NCBI GenBank assembly: GCA_903884815.1
Contig: CAISGE010000004.1
Span: 5,136-69,135, forward strand
DNA from: Candidatus Omnitrophota bacterium
Lineage (GTDB): Bacteria; Omnitrophota; Omnitrophia; Omnitrophales; Aquincolibacteriaceae
Length of the DNA stretch: 64,000 nt
Reading direction: 5' to 3'
Shown here: piece after piece, positions 53,712 through 62,689 of the stretch
Layout of the letters: each line of letters starts with the position of its first letter
Position numbering within the stretch: the stretch's first letter is position 1
Program-made: the position numbers and the translations under genes
The notes under the pieces: model-generated
Databases searched by the model: none
What the model was told of the DNA's origin: nothing
Seen by the model: only the letters and a program-made list of their open reading frames with translations

Positions 53712-54858
53712 AGGTCTCGACCAACTTTCTAGCTATTTCAACCAGTTCATCCGTGGCCTTGGGTCTCGCGAGAGTCTTGATCGTCCGCGCAACCCCCTTC
53801 AAGGAATCCGTATTCCGCATATATTCCCGCAAGTGCTCGACGAGCCAATCCTTCGCCGCAGCGTTTTCGTCATGAAAGTGCAACCCGCCCTTCTCCGCAA
53901 AGCTTTCCGCGTTGAATTTTTGATGCCCGCCCGCGTGCGGATAAGGAATCACCAGCGCCGGAACTCCGAACGCGGCCAACTCAAAAAGGGTGTTCGCCCC
54001 CGCCCGGGTAATGGCAAGATCGGTGTTCCGGAAAAGCTCATCCATGGCGTTACAAAAAGGATAAACCGCATTGCGGAACGAGAACTTCTGATACCGCTTA
54101 GACACCCAAATTTCATCCCGCTGCCCCGCAATATGTATTACGGCAATTTTGGATCTTTCTTCATCCGACAATGCACTGATCGCGTCCACCACGATTGAAT
54201 TCAAACCCTGAGCCCCTTGCGACCCGCCAACGACTAAGATCGTAAATAAGCGGCTATGCTTTTCTTCCCGAGACGCTTTCAACGGTTGCAGCATAAAAGA
54301 TCGCAAAGGTAGACCGACCGTGTGGAGCACTTTGGGCTTTTGAAGAAATCGGGTCCCCTCGAAACTTTCGGCCACGACATCCATGTGCGGTAAAAGCCAA
54401 TGCGTCGCTTTCCCTGGAACTTTATTCTGCTCATGAATGAGCGTCGGAATCTTCATCCAATGCGCGGTCATCATCCCCGGATACGACACAAAACTGCCGA
54501 AGCCCACACAAAGGTCCGGCTTGAGCCCTTTCAAAAAAAAGAAGGTCCTCACCACAAGATAAGGAAAAAGAAAGAAAGGCTTTAATGTCTTCCATGAGAA
54601 CCCCGAGGGAAAACCAAATTCCGGGAGGTAGGTGACCGAACCGAAGATCCCCTTCGGCATTTTTTCGACGAGAACTTTAGCCCGAAGACACGTCACAAGA
54701 TCGACTCGGGAATCCGGGAATCGTTTTCGAAATCCCTCACTAAACGACTGCGCGGGGAAAACATGCCCTCCGGTAGGACCGGCATAGACCACAAGACCCA
54801 TGGCCTTCGCCGTATTTTTGCAGCCATTCGTCCGACTCAGATCAGGGGTGTCGTCCAT
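53692..54858 (-). CDS. murG: lipid II GlcNAc transferase
   Basis: TGGHVFPA, HEQN..PG, GGSQGA, RAGA.T..E, HQ..NA. Confidence 0.95.
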   Translation of the reverse strand: MDDTPDLSRTNGCKNTAKAMGLVVYAGPTGGHVFPAQSFSEGFRKRFPDSRVDLVTCLRAKVLVEKMPKGIFGSVTYLPEFGFPSGFSWKTLKPFFLFPYLVVRTFFFLKGLKPDLCVGFGSFVSYPGMMTAHWMKIPTLIHEQNKVPGKATHWLLPHMDVVAESFEGTRFLQKPKVLHTVGLPLRSFMLQPLKASREEKHSRLFTILVVGGSQGAQGLNSIVVDAISALSDEERSKIAVIHIAGQRDEIWVSKRYQKFSFRNAVYPFCNAMDELFRNTDLAITRAGANTLFELAAFGVPALVIPYPHAGGHQKFNAESFAEKGGLHFHDENAAAKDWLVEHLREYMRNTDSLKGVARTIKTLARPKATDELVEIARKLVETYENHKR

Positions 54859-54859
54859 A

Positions 54860-55957
54860 TCAGGCAGGACGGGTCTTCCGGCGATCCACGGACATAAGGA
54901 TCCCGACGGCGACCAGATTCATCACGATCGAACTTCCTCCATAGCTGACAAATGGCAGCGGCAGGCCTTTGGTCGGAACAAGTCCGGTCGCCACCATCAT
55001 GTGAAACACCGTCTGAAGGATGATAAGGAGTGTGATCGAAGTTATGAGCAGCTTCTCGAATGGCTGATCGGCCTTGCGCGCCATACGGATGCAGCAAAAA
55101 AAGAAGATCAAGTAAAGCCCCAGGATGAACAGAACACCGATAAGCCCCATCTCTTCACCGATCACCGCCAAAATAAAGTCATTATGGCTGGACGGAAGAT
55201 AAAAAAGCTTTTGCGTGCTCTGTCCAAGGCCAACCCCATGCACCCCGCCGGATGCGAACGCCAAGAAAGACTGAATGATCTGAAAACCGGACCCCAGAGG
55301 ATCCTCCCAAGGATTCAGATAAGCTTCAAGACGGCTCAGACGATAGGGCACGCGAATGATTAAAAAATAAAGCGCTGGGAGAAGCACGGCAAACGCACCA
55401 AAAACGTAACGAAGCTGAAGACCCGCCAGAAAAAAGATGATGCAAGTGGCCATTACCATGAACGCCACGGAACCCAAGTCCGGCTCCAAGATCGTCAGGG
55501 CGCAAGCTGCACCGACCATAATAAGCGGAGGAAGGAACACTTTCACTCCCCCTTTTTGTACCAAAGCGAGCTTCCTGCCGAGATAATCCGCCAAATAAAC
55601 ACAGACCGCCAACTTCGCGAACTCCACAGGCTGAAACTGAAAGCCTCCGAGATGGATCCACCGCCGGGCACCGCCGGCGGCATGCCCGATCACGGGAAGA
55701 TAAACGGTCATGAGAAGCATGATCGCAAGCAGCATGAAGGCTCGGGCATTTTGTTTGTAAAAATTAACGGGAAGAGTGGCGGCAATAAAAAACCCGATGG
55801 TCCCCAAGACAACATACAGGACCTGCCGGATAAGAAAAAAGGCCTCATTCCCATGCCAATCGTGCGCCAGCACGCCACTGGCGCTGTAGATCATCACGAT
55901 GCCGATAGCGACCAGAAGATACATCACAACAAACATCAAACGCGCTTCTTTTGACAT
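54860..55957 (-). CDS. ftsW: peptidoglycan polymerase FtsW
   Basis: GARRWI, QPVEFAK, EPDLG, G.GLGQS.QK.FYLP..HNDFI, PTKGLPLPFVSYGGSS. Confidence 0.96.
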   Translation of the reverse strand: MSKEARLMFVVMYLLVAIGIVMIYSASGVLAHDWHGNEAFFLIRQVLYVVLGTIGFFIAATLPVNFYKQNARAFMLLAIMLLMTVYLPVIGHAAGGARRWIHLGGFQFQPVEFAKLAVCVYLADYLGRKLALVQKGGVKVFLPPLIMVGAACALTILEPDLGSVAFMVMATCIIFFLAGLQLRYVFGAFAVLLPALYFLIIRVPYRLSRLEAYLNPWEDPLGSGFQIIQSFLAFASGGVHGVGLGQSTQKLFYLPSSHNDFILAVIGEEMGLIGVLFILGLYLIFFFCCIRMARKADQPFEKLLITSITLLIILQTVFHMMVATGLVPTKGLPLPFVSYGGSSIVMNLVAVGILMSVDRRKTRPA

Positions 55958-55958
55958 A

Positions 55959-57239
55959 TTATTTCCCCACGTTTGCGGCTTGAAGTTTTTTCCGCATCAG
56001 TTCTTTGAAGGAGCGTCCGCGTTCTTGATAATTCTTGAACATATCAAAACTTGCACAGGCGGGTGACAAAAGAACCGTGTCTCCCTTTCGCGCCTTTTCG
56101 AGGCTCATACAACAGGCCGCCTCAAGGCTCTCCGCCTCCAGCATTTCAACCGCCCCTTGCCACGCCTCTTTTATGATCGGCCGCGCGCACCCTATCAAAA
56201 TCGCACAACGGACCTTCCTCGTGATCACAGCCCTCAGTGTGCGGAAATCCTCTACGCCAGTCTTGTTTTTTCCCCCGCAGACAAGCACCACGGTTCCGTC
56301 GTGGGATTTCTCGAGGGCCCACGCAAGCGACGCCGTGGTCGTTGCCTTGGAATCGTTCACGAAGGAGATACCGTCCTGCTCCGCGAATGTCTCCAGCCGG
56401 TGTTCAATACCACGAAAATCCGCGATCGCCTGTCCGACAAGAGACACGGGATATCCCAAAGCGTCAACGGCGCAAAGAAGCGCGGCTTCATTCGGATTCG
56501 ACGCGGAGCGCTCGTCAGAGTAAACACGCCGCGCGGCCGTCTTAAAATGAGGGAAAAAATCATGCTCGTCCCTTCTCTGACAAATCATCACATTTGGCTC
56601 TTTCATCCAGCGAAAAAGGTTCAGCTTCGCCGCCGCATATTCTGCCGCATCTGCATGCCAATCCATATGGTTCGGATGAAGATTCAGGAGCAACCCCACC
56701 GTTGGGGCAAAGCTCGCGCAATGCATCAGTTGGAATGAACTGACTTCAAGGACCACCACCGTCTCCGGAGTGATACGGGGAAGCTCGCCGATCCAGGGAT
56801 TTCCGATATTGCCGCAAAGCACGCACTTCCGCCCGCTCGCTTCCACGATACGCGCAAGAAGTGTCGCGGTGGTCGTCTTGCCGCAGGAACCCGTCACCGC
56901 AACAACTGTACGCGCGACGGAAAACCAACTCGCGACCTCGATCTCACTAAAGATCGGCTTGCCTGAAGATCGCAAAGCCTGACAGATCTTGGCTCCGGGA
57001 GGAATGCCGGGAGAGATCAGAATCCAATCCGCATTGAGTATCCTCTCGAAAGAGTGCGTACCGCATTCCGCCTGGATCCCCTGCTCCTCAAGCCGTGCCA
57101 TATTTCTCCGAACTTCGGAAGTGTCGGCAAGATCCGAGGCGAAAACATGATAGCCCTTTTCATGGAGACAAAGTGCGCTCAGGTATCCGGTATCGCGTAA
57201 TCCCAGAATGGCGACCCTGGTTCCCGGAGGCGGCTTCAT
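55959..57239 (-). CDS. murD: UDP-MurNAc-L-Ala--D-glutamate ligase
   Basis: SPGIP, TGSCGKTTT, GNIG, EVSSFQL, HRLE, NDSKAT, LLSPACASFD. Confidence 0.96.
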   Translation of the reverse strand: MKPPPGTRVAILGLRDTGYLSALCLHEKGYHVFASDLADTSEVRRNMARLEEQGIQAECGTHSFERILNADWILISPGIPPGAKICQALRSSGKPIFSEIEVASWFSVARTVVAVTGSCGKTTTATLLARIVEASGRKCVLCGNIGNPWIGELPRITPETVVVLEVSSFQLMHCASFAPTVGLLLNLHPNHMDWHADAAEYAAAKLNLFRWMKEPNVMICQRRDEHDFFPHFKTAARRVYSDERSASNPNEAALLCAVDALGYPVSLVGQAIADFRGIEHRLETFAEQDGISFVNDSKATTTASLAWALEKSHDGTVVLVCGGKNKTGVEDFRTLRAVITRKVRCAILIGCARPIIKEAWQGAVEMLEAESLEAACCMSLEKARKGDTVLLSPACASFDMFKNYQERGRSFKELMRKKLQAANVGK

Positions 57240-57240
57240 A

Positions 57241-58326
57241 TCAACGAACCTTCAGGGTGCTAAGACCCACGATGGCCAGAATAAACGCGATGATCCAAAG
57301 CCGGATCGTGATCTTGGATTCCGGCCAACCTTTGCGCTGGAGATGATGATGAAAAGGCGACATTAGGAAAATTCTTTTCTTTCGCAGCTTGAAGCTCGTG
57401 ACCTGGAGGATCACGGAAAGAGCTTCCCAAACAAAGATCCCTCCGACGATTACCAGCACCAACTCCTTTTTCGTAAGCACTGCAATGGCTCCTAAAGCAC
57501 CGCCCAGGGAAAGGGATCCGGTATCACCCATAAAGACTTCGGCCGGGTAAGAGTTAAACCAAAGAAAGCCCGCGCTCGCGCCAGCCAGTGCCGCGCAAAA
57601 AACAGTCACTTCCCCGGCTTCCGGGATATTCGGGATGGCGAGATACCTCGCGATATCGTAATGGCCCGTCACGTAGATGATCAGGGCAAAGGCGGTGGTC
57701 GTAAACATCGTGCATCCGATGGCAAGCCCGTCGAGCCCATCTGTCAAATTCAAAGCGTTCGAGGTTCCCGTAAGAACGAGCACCACCCAAGGGATGAAAA
57801 GGAACCCGAAATAAAACACACCTTTTTTGAGGAGTGGAATATAGAGCCATTTATCAAAGGAAGGATCGCAGTAAAGGTAGATACCGATCGCAAGTCCCAT
57901 CAACACCTGCCCCAGGAGCTTCGTCAGCGAACTCAGGCCATCCGAGCTTTTCGAACGCAGTTTCAACCAGTCGTCCAGGAATCCGACGAAACCGAACCAA
58001 AGCATCACGATCACCATCATCCACACAAAACGATTCGTCAAATTCCCCCACAGGAGCGTCGAAACGACCACGCTCGCGACGATAAGGATGCCGCCCATCA
58101 TAGGCACATCCTTCTTGTGCTTGAAATGCTCATGGATGGCTTCGGCGTAGGCCCTCTCTTGATTCGTGACGGCGCGCAACGATTTGAGCCAGGCAATACA
58201 ACGGGGTCCCAGCCACAGAGACAGGAGGAACGCCGTCACGCTGGCACCCGCCGAACGGAAGGTGATGTAGCGGAACAAATTAAAGACGATCGAATGATCC
58301 GCGAGATGATGAAGGAAATAAAACAT
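57241..58326 (-). CDS. mraY: phospho-MurNAc-pentapeptide transferase
   Basis: PMMGG, GFLDD, SNALNLTDGLDGLA, VFMGDTGSL, PFHHH. Confidence 0.98.
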   Translation of the reverse strand: MFYFLHHLADHSIVFNLFRYITFRSAGASVTAFLLSLWLGPRCIAWLKSLRAVTNQERAYAEAIHEHFKHKKDVPMMGGILIVASVVVSTLLWGNLTNRFVWMMVIVMLWFGFVGFLDDWLKLRSKSSDGLSSLTKLLGQVLMGLAIGIYLYCDPSFDKWLYIPLLKKGVFYFGFLFIPWVVLVLTGTSNALNLTDGLDGLAIGCTMFTTTAFALIIYVTGHYDIARYLAIPNIPEAGEVTVFCAALAGASAGFLWFNSYPAEVFMGDTGSLSLGGALGAIAVLTKKELVLVIVGGIFVWEALSVILQVTSFKLRKKRIFLMSPFHHHLQRKGWPESKITIRLWIIAFILAIVGLSTLKVR

Positions 58327-58346
58327 GATCTGGTCCCAATTCTATT

Positions 58347-58413
58347 CAATTTCAACAAAGTTGAAATTGGGGCAATCCTTGTCGGCCCTAAAGAAATAAA
58401 ACAAGGACAAGGA
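58347..58413. repeat. two short hairpins in the murF-mraY spacer
   Basis: CAATTTCAAC-aaa-GTTGAAATTG and ATCCTTGTC...GACAAGGAT. Confidence 0.5.
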
Positions 58414-58429
58414 TGTTATAACTCGATAA

Positions 58430-59836
58430 TTAAGGGTGCGCTAAAAAAGTAGTGTGCCGTATTCCATCCAAAATTTTCTCAACGTGCATGCTGCGCGACC
58501 CCTTAAAAAGCACGGCATCGCCCACATTCAGAACTTCCTCAAGAGCTTCGCGAGTTTTATCACGATCCTCAAAATGCCGGGCTATACAAAGGGAACCCGA
58601 AGCCGCCACAGCATCAACACTGAAACGCGCGAGTTTTCCGTAAGCGAACACCAGGTCAATTCCTGACGCGGCGATCTTCCGCCCCAGGTCAAGATGGAAC
58701 CGCTCCTCATCAGCTCCCAATTCGAGCATGTCGGCAAAAACAACGACCTTTTTTCCGCTGACGGAAAGGGACTGAAAGGCCTCAAGGGCATTCGCGAAGG
58801 AGACGGGGTTCGCATTGTAGCTGTCATCGATCACACGAACGCCGCAGGCCAACATTGTCTCACGAAATCTGCCCGATGCAAAGCTCACATCATCCCATTT
58901 TAAAGGGATCTCTTCCCAAGCAAGGCCCAGATTCCTCGCCATAGCCATTGCAAGTCCTGCATTCAGCGCCAAAAAAGCCGCCTGTCCCGGAAACGAGAAT
59001 GGTCCCCGGCGATTCAACAGAAACGAGACCTCCCCACTCACCGTCTTTACATCCGAGATTTGGTAATCTGAATTCTCGGCATAGCCAACAGTCACGGCCT
59101 TCCGACCCTTCTGACGGATCATCTCAAGCAGCTTCGCATCATCCCCCAAGACGACCAATGGCTCGCCGGATTTCAGGGAATCCGCGAGCTCCAGCTTCGT
59201 GCGATACACATTCTCAAGATTGCCAAACCCGGCCAGATGTGCAGGTCCGATGGGGGTGAGGATCCCCCCTGAAGGTGCGGCCAACTCGGAGAGATGACGG
59301 ATTTCGCCGGAGGCGCTAGCGCCCATTTCCATAACGCCAAACTGGTGAGAGGCGTCAAGCCTTGACAGCATGATGGGCACGCCTAAATGATTATTCAAAT
59401 TTCCCTGCGTCGCGAGGACCGAAAATTTCTGACGCAATAAATAGGCCAGAAACTCCTTGGTCGTGGTCTTCCCCACGCTCCCGGTAATTCCGATTACACG
59501 GACCGGAAGGGTTTTACGATATGCCGCCGCAAGGGTCGTCATGGCTAACTGCGGGTCCATAACAGGGATCAGATTCCGCACATTCACTTTTGCGTCTCGG
59601 AGCAAAGCAAGAACCGCATCTTTTTGATGAGCTGCGACTAAAGCGCCCGAAGCTCCTTTTTCAAAAGCCGTAGCAAGAAACGCGTGTCCATCACTGTGAT
59701 CCCCCTTAAAAGCGACAAAGAAATCCCCCGGCTGAAGTGAACGGGTATCGATCGACAGACTTCGGATCGTCAGTGAGAGCTCCGGAAAAACCGGGGCGTC
59801 GCCAAGCAGGCGGCTTGCTTCAAGATAGGAAAACAC
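58430..59836 (-). CDS. murF: UDP-MurNAc-tripeptide--D-Ala-D-Ala ligase
   Basis: ITGSVGKTTTKE, NNHLGVP, EMG, DDSYNANP, MLELG, KGSR. Confidence 0.96.
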   Translation of the reverse strand: MFSYLEASRLLGDAPVFPELSLTIRSLSIDTRSLQPGDFFVAFKGDHSDGHAFLATAFEKGASGALVAAHQKDAVLALLRDAKVNVRNLIPVMDPQLAMTTLAAAYRKTLPVRVIGITGSVGKTTTKEFLAYLLRQKFSVLATQGNLNNHLGVPIMLSRLDASHQFGVMEMGASASGEIRHLSELAAPSGGILTPIGPAHLAGFGNLENVYRTKLELADSLKSGEPLVVLGDDAKLLEMIRQKGRKAVTVGYAENSDYQISDVKTVSGEVSFLLNRRGPFSFPGQAAFLALNAGLAMAMARNLGLAWEEIPLKWDDVSFASGRFRETMLACGVRVIDDSYNANPVSFANALEAFQSLSVSGKKVVVFADMLELGADEERFHLDLGRKIAASGIDLVFAYGKLARFSVDAVAASGSLCIARHFEDRDKTREALEEVLNVGDAVLFKGSRSMHVEKILDGIRHTTFLAHP

Positions 59837-61310
59837 GGCTTCGTCTTTTTAAAGCGGACTCAACAACGTCGCGGTCGCTAAAGGGGATTTTTCCATCCGC
59901 GAGGATCTGATAATCTTCATGCCCCTTTCCGAGGACAAAGACCACATCCCCGGGTTTCGCGAGGGTGATCGCTTTTTCGATCGCCTCCTGCCGGTCCGGG
60001 ATCTCAAAGATGCTGCCGGGCACTGTCAAGGGTCGCGGAAGGCCTGCGCGCATGTCGTGAAAAATTTCCTCGGGCTCTTCGGACCGCGGATTGTCCGAAG
60101 TCATAATGATGACATCGGAGTATCGACAAGCGGCTTGCGTCATGAGTGGGCGTTTCCCCCTGTCGCGATCACCCCCGCAGCCAAAAACCGTCAAGATGCG
60201 CTTGGGCTTCATTTCCTTCGCGTCATGGAGCACCTGCTCAAAAGCATCGGGCGTATGGGCGTAATCGACAAATACCGTATAGTCCGTCCCGGTGCCGATC
60301 CTTTCCATGCGCCCCGGTATCGCCGGGATCTCTTCAAGCGCGCCGCGAAAATCGTTAAGATCGAACCCAAGCTGATCCAGAGAACTGAGCACAGCCACGG
60401 CATTGGAAACGTTGTAGCGCATAGGCAGACGTACCTGGAACGACATCTCCTGACCGCGATAACACAAGACAAAGCGGCTCCCCTGAAAACTCATCTGAAG
60501 GTCTTTCGCGTAGTAATCCGCTTCTCCAAGCACGCTGAAAGTTTTCGCCTTAGGCAGTTCCTCGATGAGGCGGCGCCCGTACGGACAATCCTTATTAAAA
60601 AGCATTCTCCTGGGCGCCTGCGCTCCGGTAAAAAAATCGCGCTTCACCTGGAAATATTCTTCCATGTTGTGATGGAAATCCAAATGGTCCTGGGTCAGCT
60701 GGGTAAAAACGCCGAGCTCGTACTCCAGACCATAAATGCGCTTCTGGCTGATCGCGTGAGAAGAAACTTCCATCACACAGTGCTTCACACCCTCCTGGTC
60801 CATTTGATGGAACATGGGGATCAACACTTCAGGTCCCGGAGTCGTGTTGACCGCGGGAACTTTCCCGGAGGGAAGCTCATACCAGAGTGTTCCTAGATAA
60901 GCCGCCGGATTTTTTTCACGCAGTAGCCGGTGAAGAAGATAAGTCGTGGTGGTCTTTCCGTTCGTTCCCGTCACGCCGATCAGTTTAATCTTATGGTCGG
61001 GAAAGTCGTAAAATCGGTTTAGAAGCATCGACAAGGCCGACCGGGAATCCCGAACGCGCACGCCTGTCACATGGGGAGGGATCGTCACCTCGGGATCTTT
61101 CTCAAAAACGATGACCGAGGCTTTCGCGTAGATCGCCTGCCCGAGAAAATCATGCCCGTCCATTCGGTCCCCGGGACATGCGACAAAGATATCGCCGGAC
61201 TCAACGGCTCGGGAATCAGAGGTGATTTTATTAAAGATGCGTTTGGGGTCCCAGTGATACTTCTCGAGGATTGGGATGCCCTTAAATAGCTCATCAAGAT
61301 GTTTACGCAT
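59820..61310 (-). CDS. murE: UDP-MurNAc-L-Ala-D-Glu--meso-DAP ligase
   Basis: TGTNGKTTT, MEVSSH, DHLDFH, DYAHTPD, GCGGDRD, DNPR (meso-DAP type), GKGHE. Confidence 0.97.
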   Translation of the reverse strand: MRKHLDELFKGIPILEKYHWDPKRIFNKITSDSRAVESGDIFVACPGDRMDGHDFLGQAIYAKASVIVFEKDPEVTIPPHVTGVRVRDSRSALSMLLNRFYDFPDHKIKLIGVTGTNGKTTTTYLLHRLLREKNPAAYLGTLWYELPSGKVPAVNTTPGPEVLIPMFHQMDQEGVKHCVMEVSSHAISQKRIYGLEYELGVFTQLTQDHLDFHHNMEEYFQVKRDFFTGAQAPRRMLFNKDCPYGRRLIEELPKAKTFSVLGEADYYAKDLQMSFQGSRFVLCYRGQEMSFQVRLPMRYNVSNAVAVLSSLDQLGFDLNDFRGALEEIPAIPGRMERIGTGTDYTVFVDYAHTPDAFEQVLHDAKEMKPKRILTVFGCGGDRDRGKRPLMTQAACRYSDVIIMTSDNPRSEEPEEIFHDMRAGLPRPLTVPGSIFEIPDRQEAIEKAITLAKPGDVVFVLGKGHEDYQILADGKIPFSDRDVVESALKRRSRVFLS

Positions 61311-61325
61311 AGATCCTGAAAACCT

Positions 61326-61802
61326 CTACGGTTTTGGAGTTACGATTTTATCGGCGTTTTTTAACGAAAATTGAAAACTTTGTGACCGGACTTCGACCTC
61401 ATTGATCCCGGCCAAACCGTGGCGGCCCAGGACAATATCCACGACCATCGAATCGACCGCCGCATGCTCGACCCCCTGCTGTTGGGCCCAACTCCCGAGA
61501 AGCCTTATCTTGCTCGCATTACTCGTGAGAATGATCCGAATACCGCGCTGAGAAACCAGCGTCAGCGGGTCAAATGTAACCTTAAAATTCCCGTCTAAAA
61601 GCTGGACCCGATCGTCCCAGGTGAAAGTCCCCTGCCTCACTTCAAACGAAGGAAAAAAAACAGCGGGAATATATTTTCCGCCCATCCTTATCTTGAGCCT
61701 CGCCTGGAGTTCCTGATAGACCCAGAAATTGAGCCCAAGAGATACGGCGGTCAATATCAGAAAAACTCCTAACATCGCCGCTAATTGCTTCAGGGTTTTC
61801 AC
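61326..61802 (-). CDS. hypothetical membrane-anchored protein
   Basis: N-terminal TM, beta-rich remainder; fills the gap between co-oriented genes. Confidence 0.65.
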   Translation of the reverse strand: MKTLKQLAAMLGVFLILTAVSLGLNFWVYQELQARLKIRMGGKYIPAVFFPSFEVRQGTFTWDDRVQLLDGNFKVTFDPLTLVSQRGIRIILTSNASKIRLLGSWAQQQGVEHAAVDSMVVDIVLGRHGLAGINEVEVRSQSFQFSLKNADKIVTPKP

Positions 61803-61814
61803 AAATCGCCTCGA

Positions 61815-62474
61815 TCATGTTCCGGATGGATCAGAAACCTTCTGAGGGTGGATAACGATCTCGACGCGTCTATTCCTGTCCCGGCCTTCTTCGGTGGTAT
61901 TGGAAACTATCGGCCTATATTCAGAATATCCCGCCACACCGAACCTCCGCGGTGCAAGATCCCGATTGTCCACAAAATAGTGCAGCACAGCACTCGCCCG
62001 ACCGATGGAATATTCCCAGTTGGTGATCCCATCAGCGCCTTCGATCGGCTGATTGTCCGTGTGGCCTTCCACGCTGACTCGGTTCAGGGGAAGATCTTTT
62101 GACAAAACAACTGAGATCTCATTCAGGATCCCTTCCCCGGCAGAAGTAAACTGCGACTCATCCGGGTCAAAAAGAGCATGGTCCAAAACGCTCACGACCA
62201 AGCCCCTCGGATCCAATGCGATCCGGACATCCCCCCGTGCGATCTGCGGGTCAAGCTTCTTTTCAAGTTCCGGTATGGCCACCCGAAGGTCCACACGTGA
62301 ATCCACGGTTCCGTCCAACTCCTGATTCAGACGAACGACCTCGGCCTTCAAGCTTTCGATCGTTGCGCTTTGCTGGAGAGTCAATGATTTCGACGCGGTG
62401 TCACTCGCCGTTGCGCAACCGATCATGGCGAGCAAGGAAAACGCCAGTAAGCAGGAACATCTTTTGAAAATCAT
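61815..62474 (-). CDS. OmpA/MotB-like peptidoglycan-binding lipoprotein
   Basis: Lipobox-like MIGC, coiled coil, VEGHTDN.PI, NWEYS..RA, EYRP, NRRVEI. Confidence 0.87.
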   Translation of the reverse strand: MIFKRCSCLLAFSLLAMIGCATASDTASKSLTLQQSATIESLKAEVVRLNQELDGTVDSRVDLRVAIPELEKKLDPQIARGDVRIALDPRGLVVSVLDHALFDPDESQFTSAGEGILNEISVVLSKDLPLNRVSVEGHTDNQPIEGADGITNWEYSIGRASAVLHYFVDNRDLAPRRFGVAGYSEYRPIVSNTTEEGRDRNRRVEIVIHPQKVSDPSGT

Positions 62475-62498
62475 AGCCCCAGGAGCCCTCTTCTTTTT

Positions 62499-62678
62499 TC
62501 AGGAATGTGCGCTGAACTTCTGGTAGACATACCAGATCGCCAACCCCGAAAGGACATAGGTCGCGAACAAAAGAAGATGGAAAAAGAACGGCGTCTTTTT
62601 CTTTTCGACAGGTTTAGGACCACTCGCTCCCGATTCTTTAGCAACAAGATACTGCGGCTTGCGGATCTCGATCTTCAT
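62499..62678 (-). CDS. small membrane protein
   Basis: Short ORF with a C-terminal TM, tightly packed between co-oriented genes. Confidence 0.55.
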   Translation of the reverse strand: MKIEIRKPQYLVAKESGASGPKPVEKKKTPFFFHLLLFATYVLSGLAIWYVYQKFSAHS

Positions 62679-62689
62679 AATTGACACAC

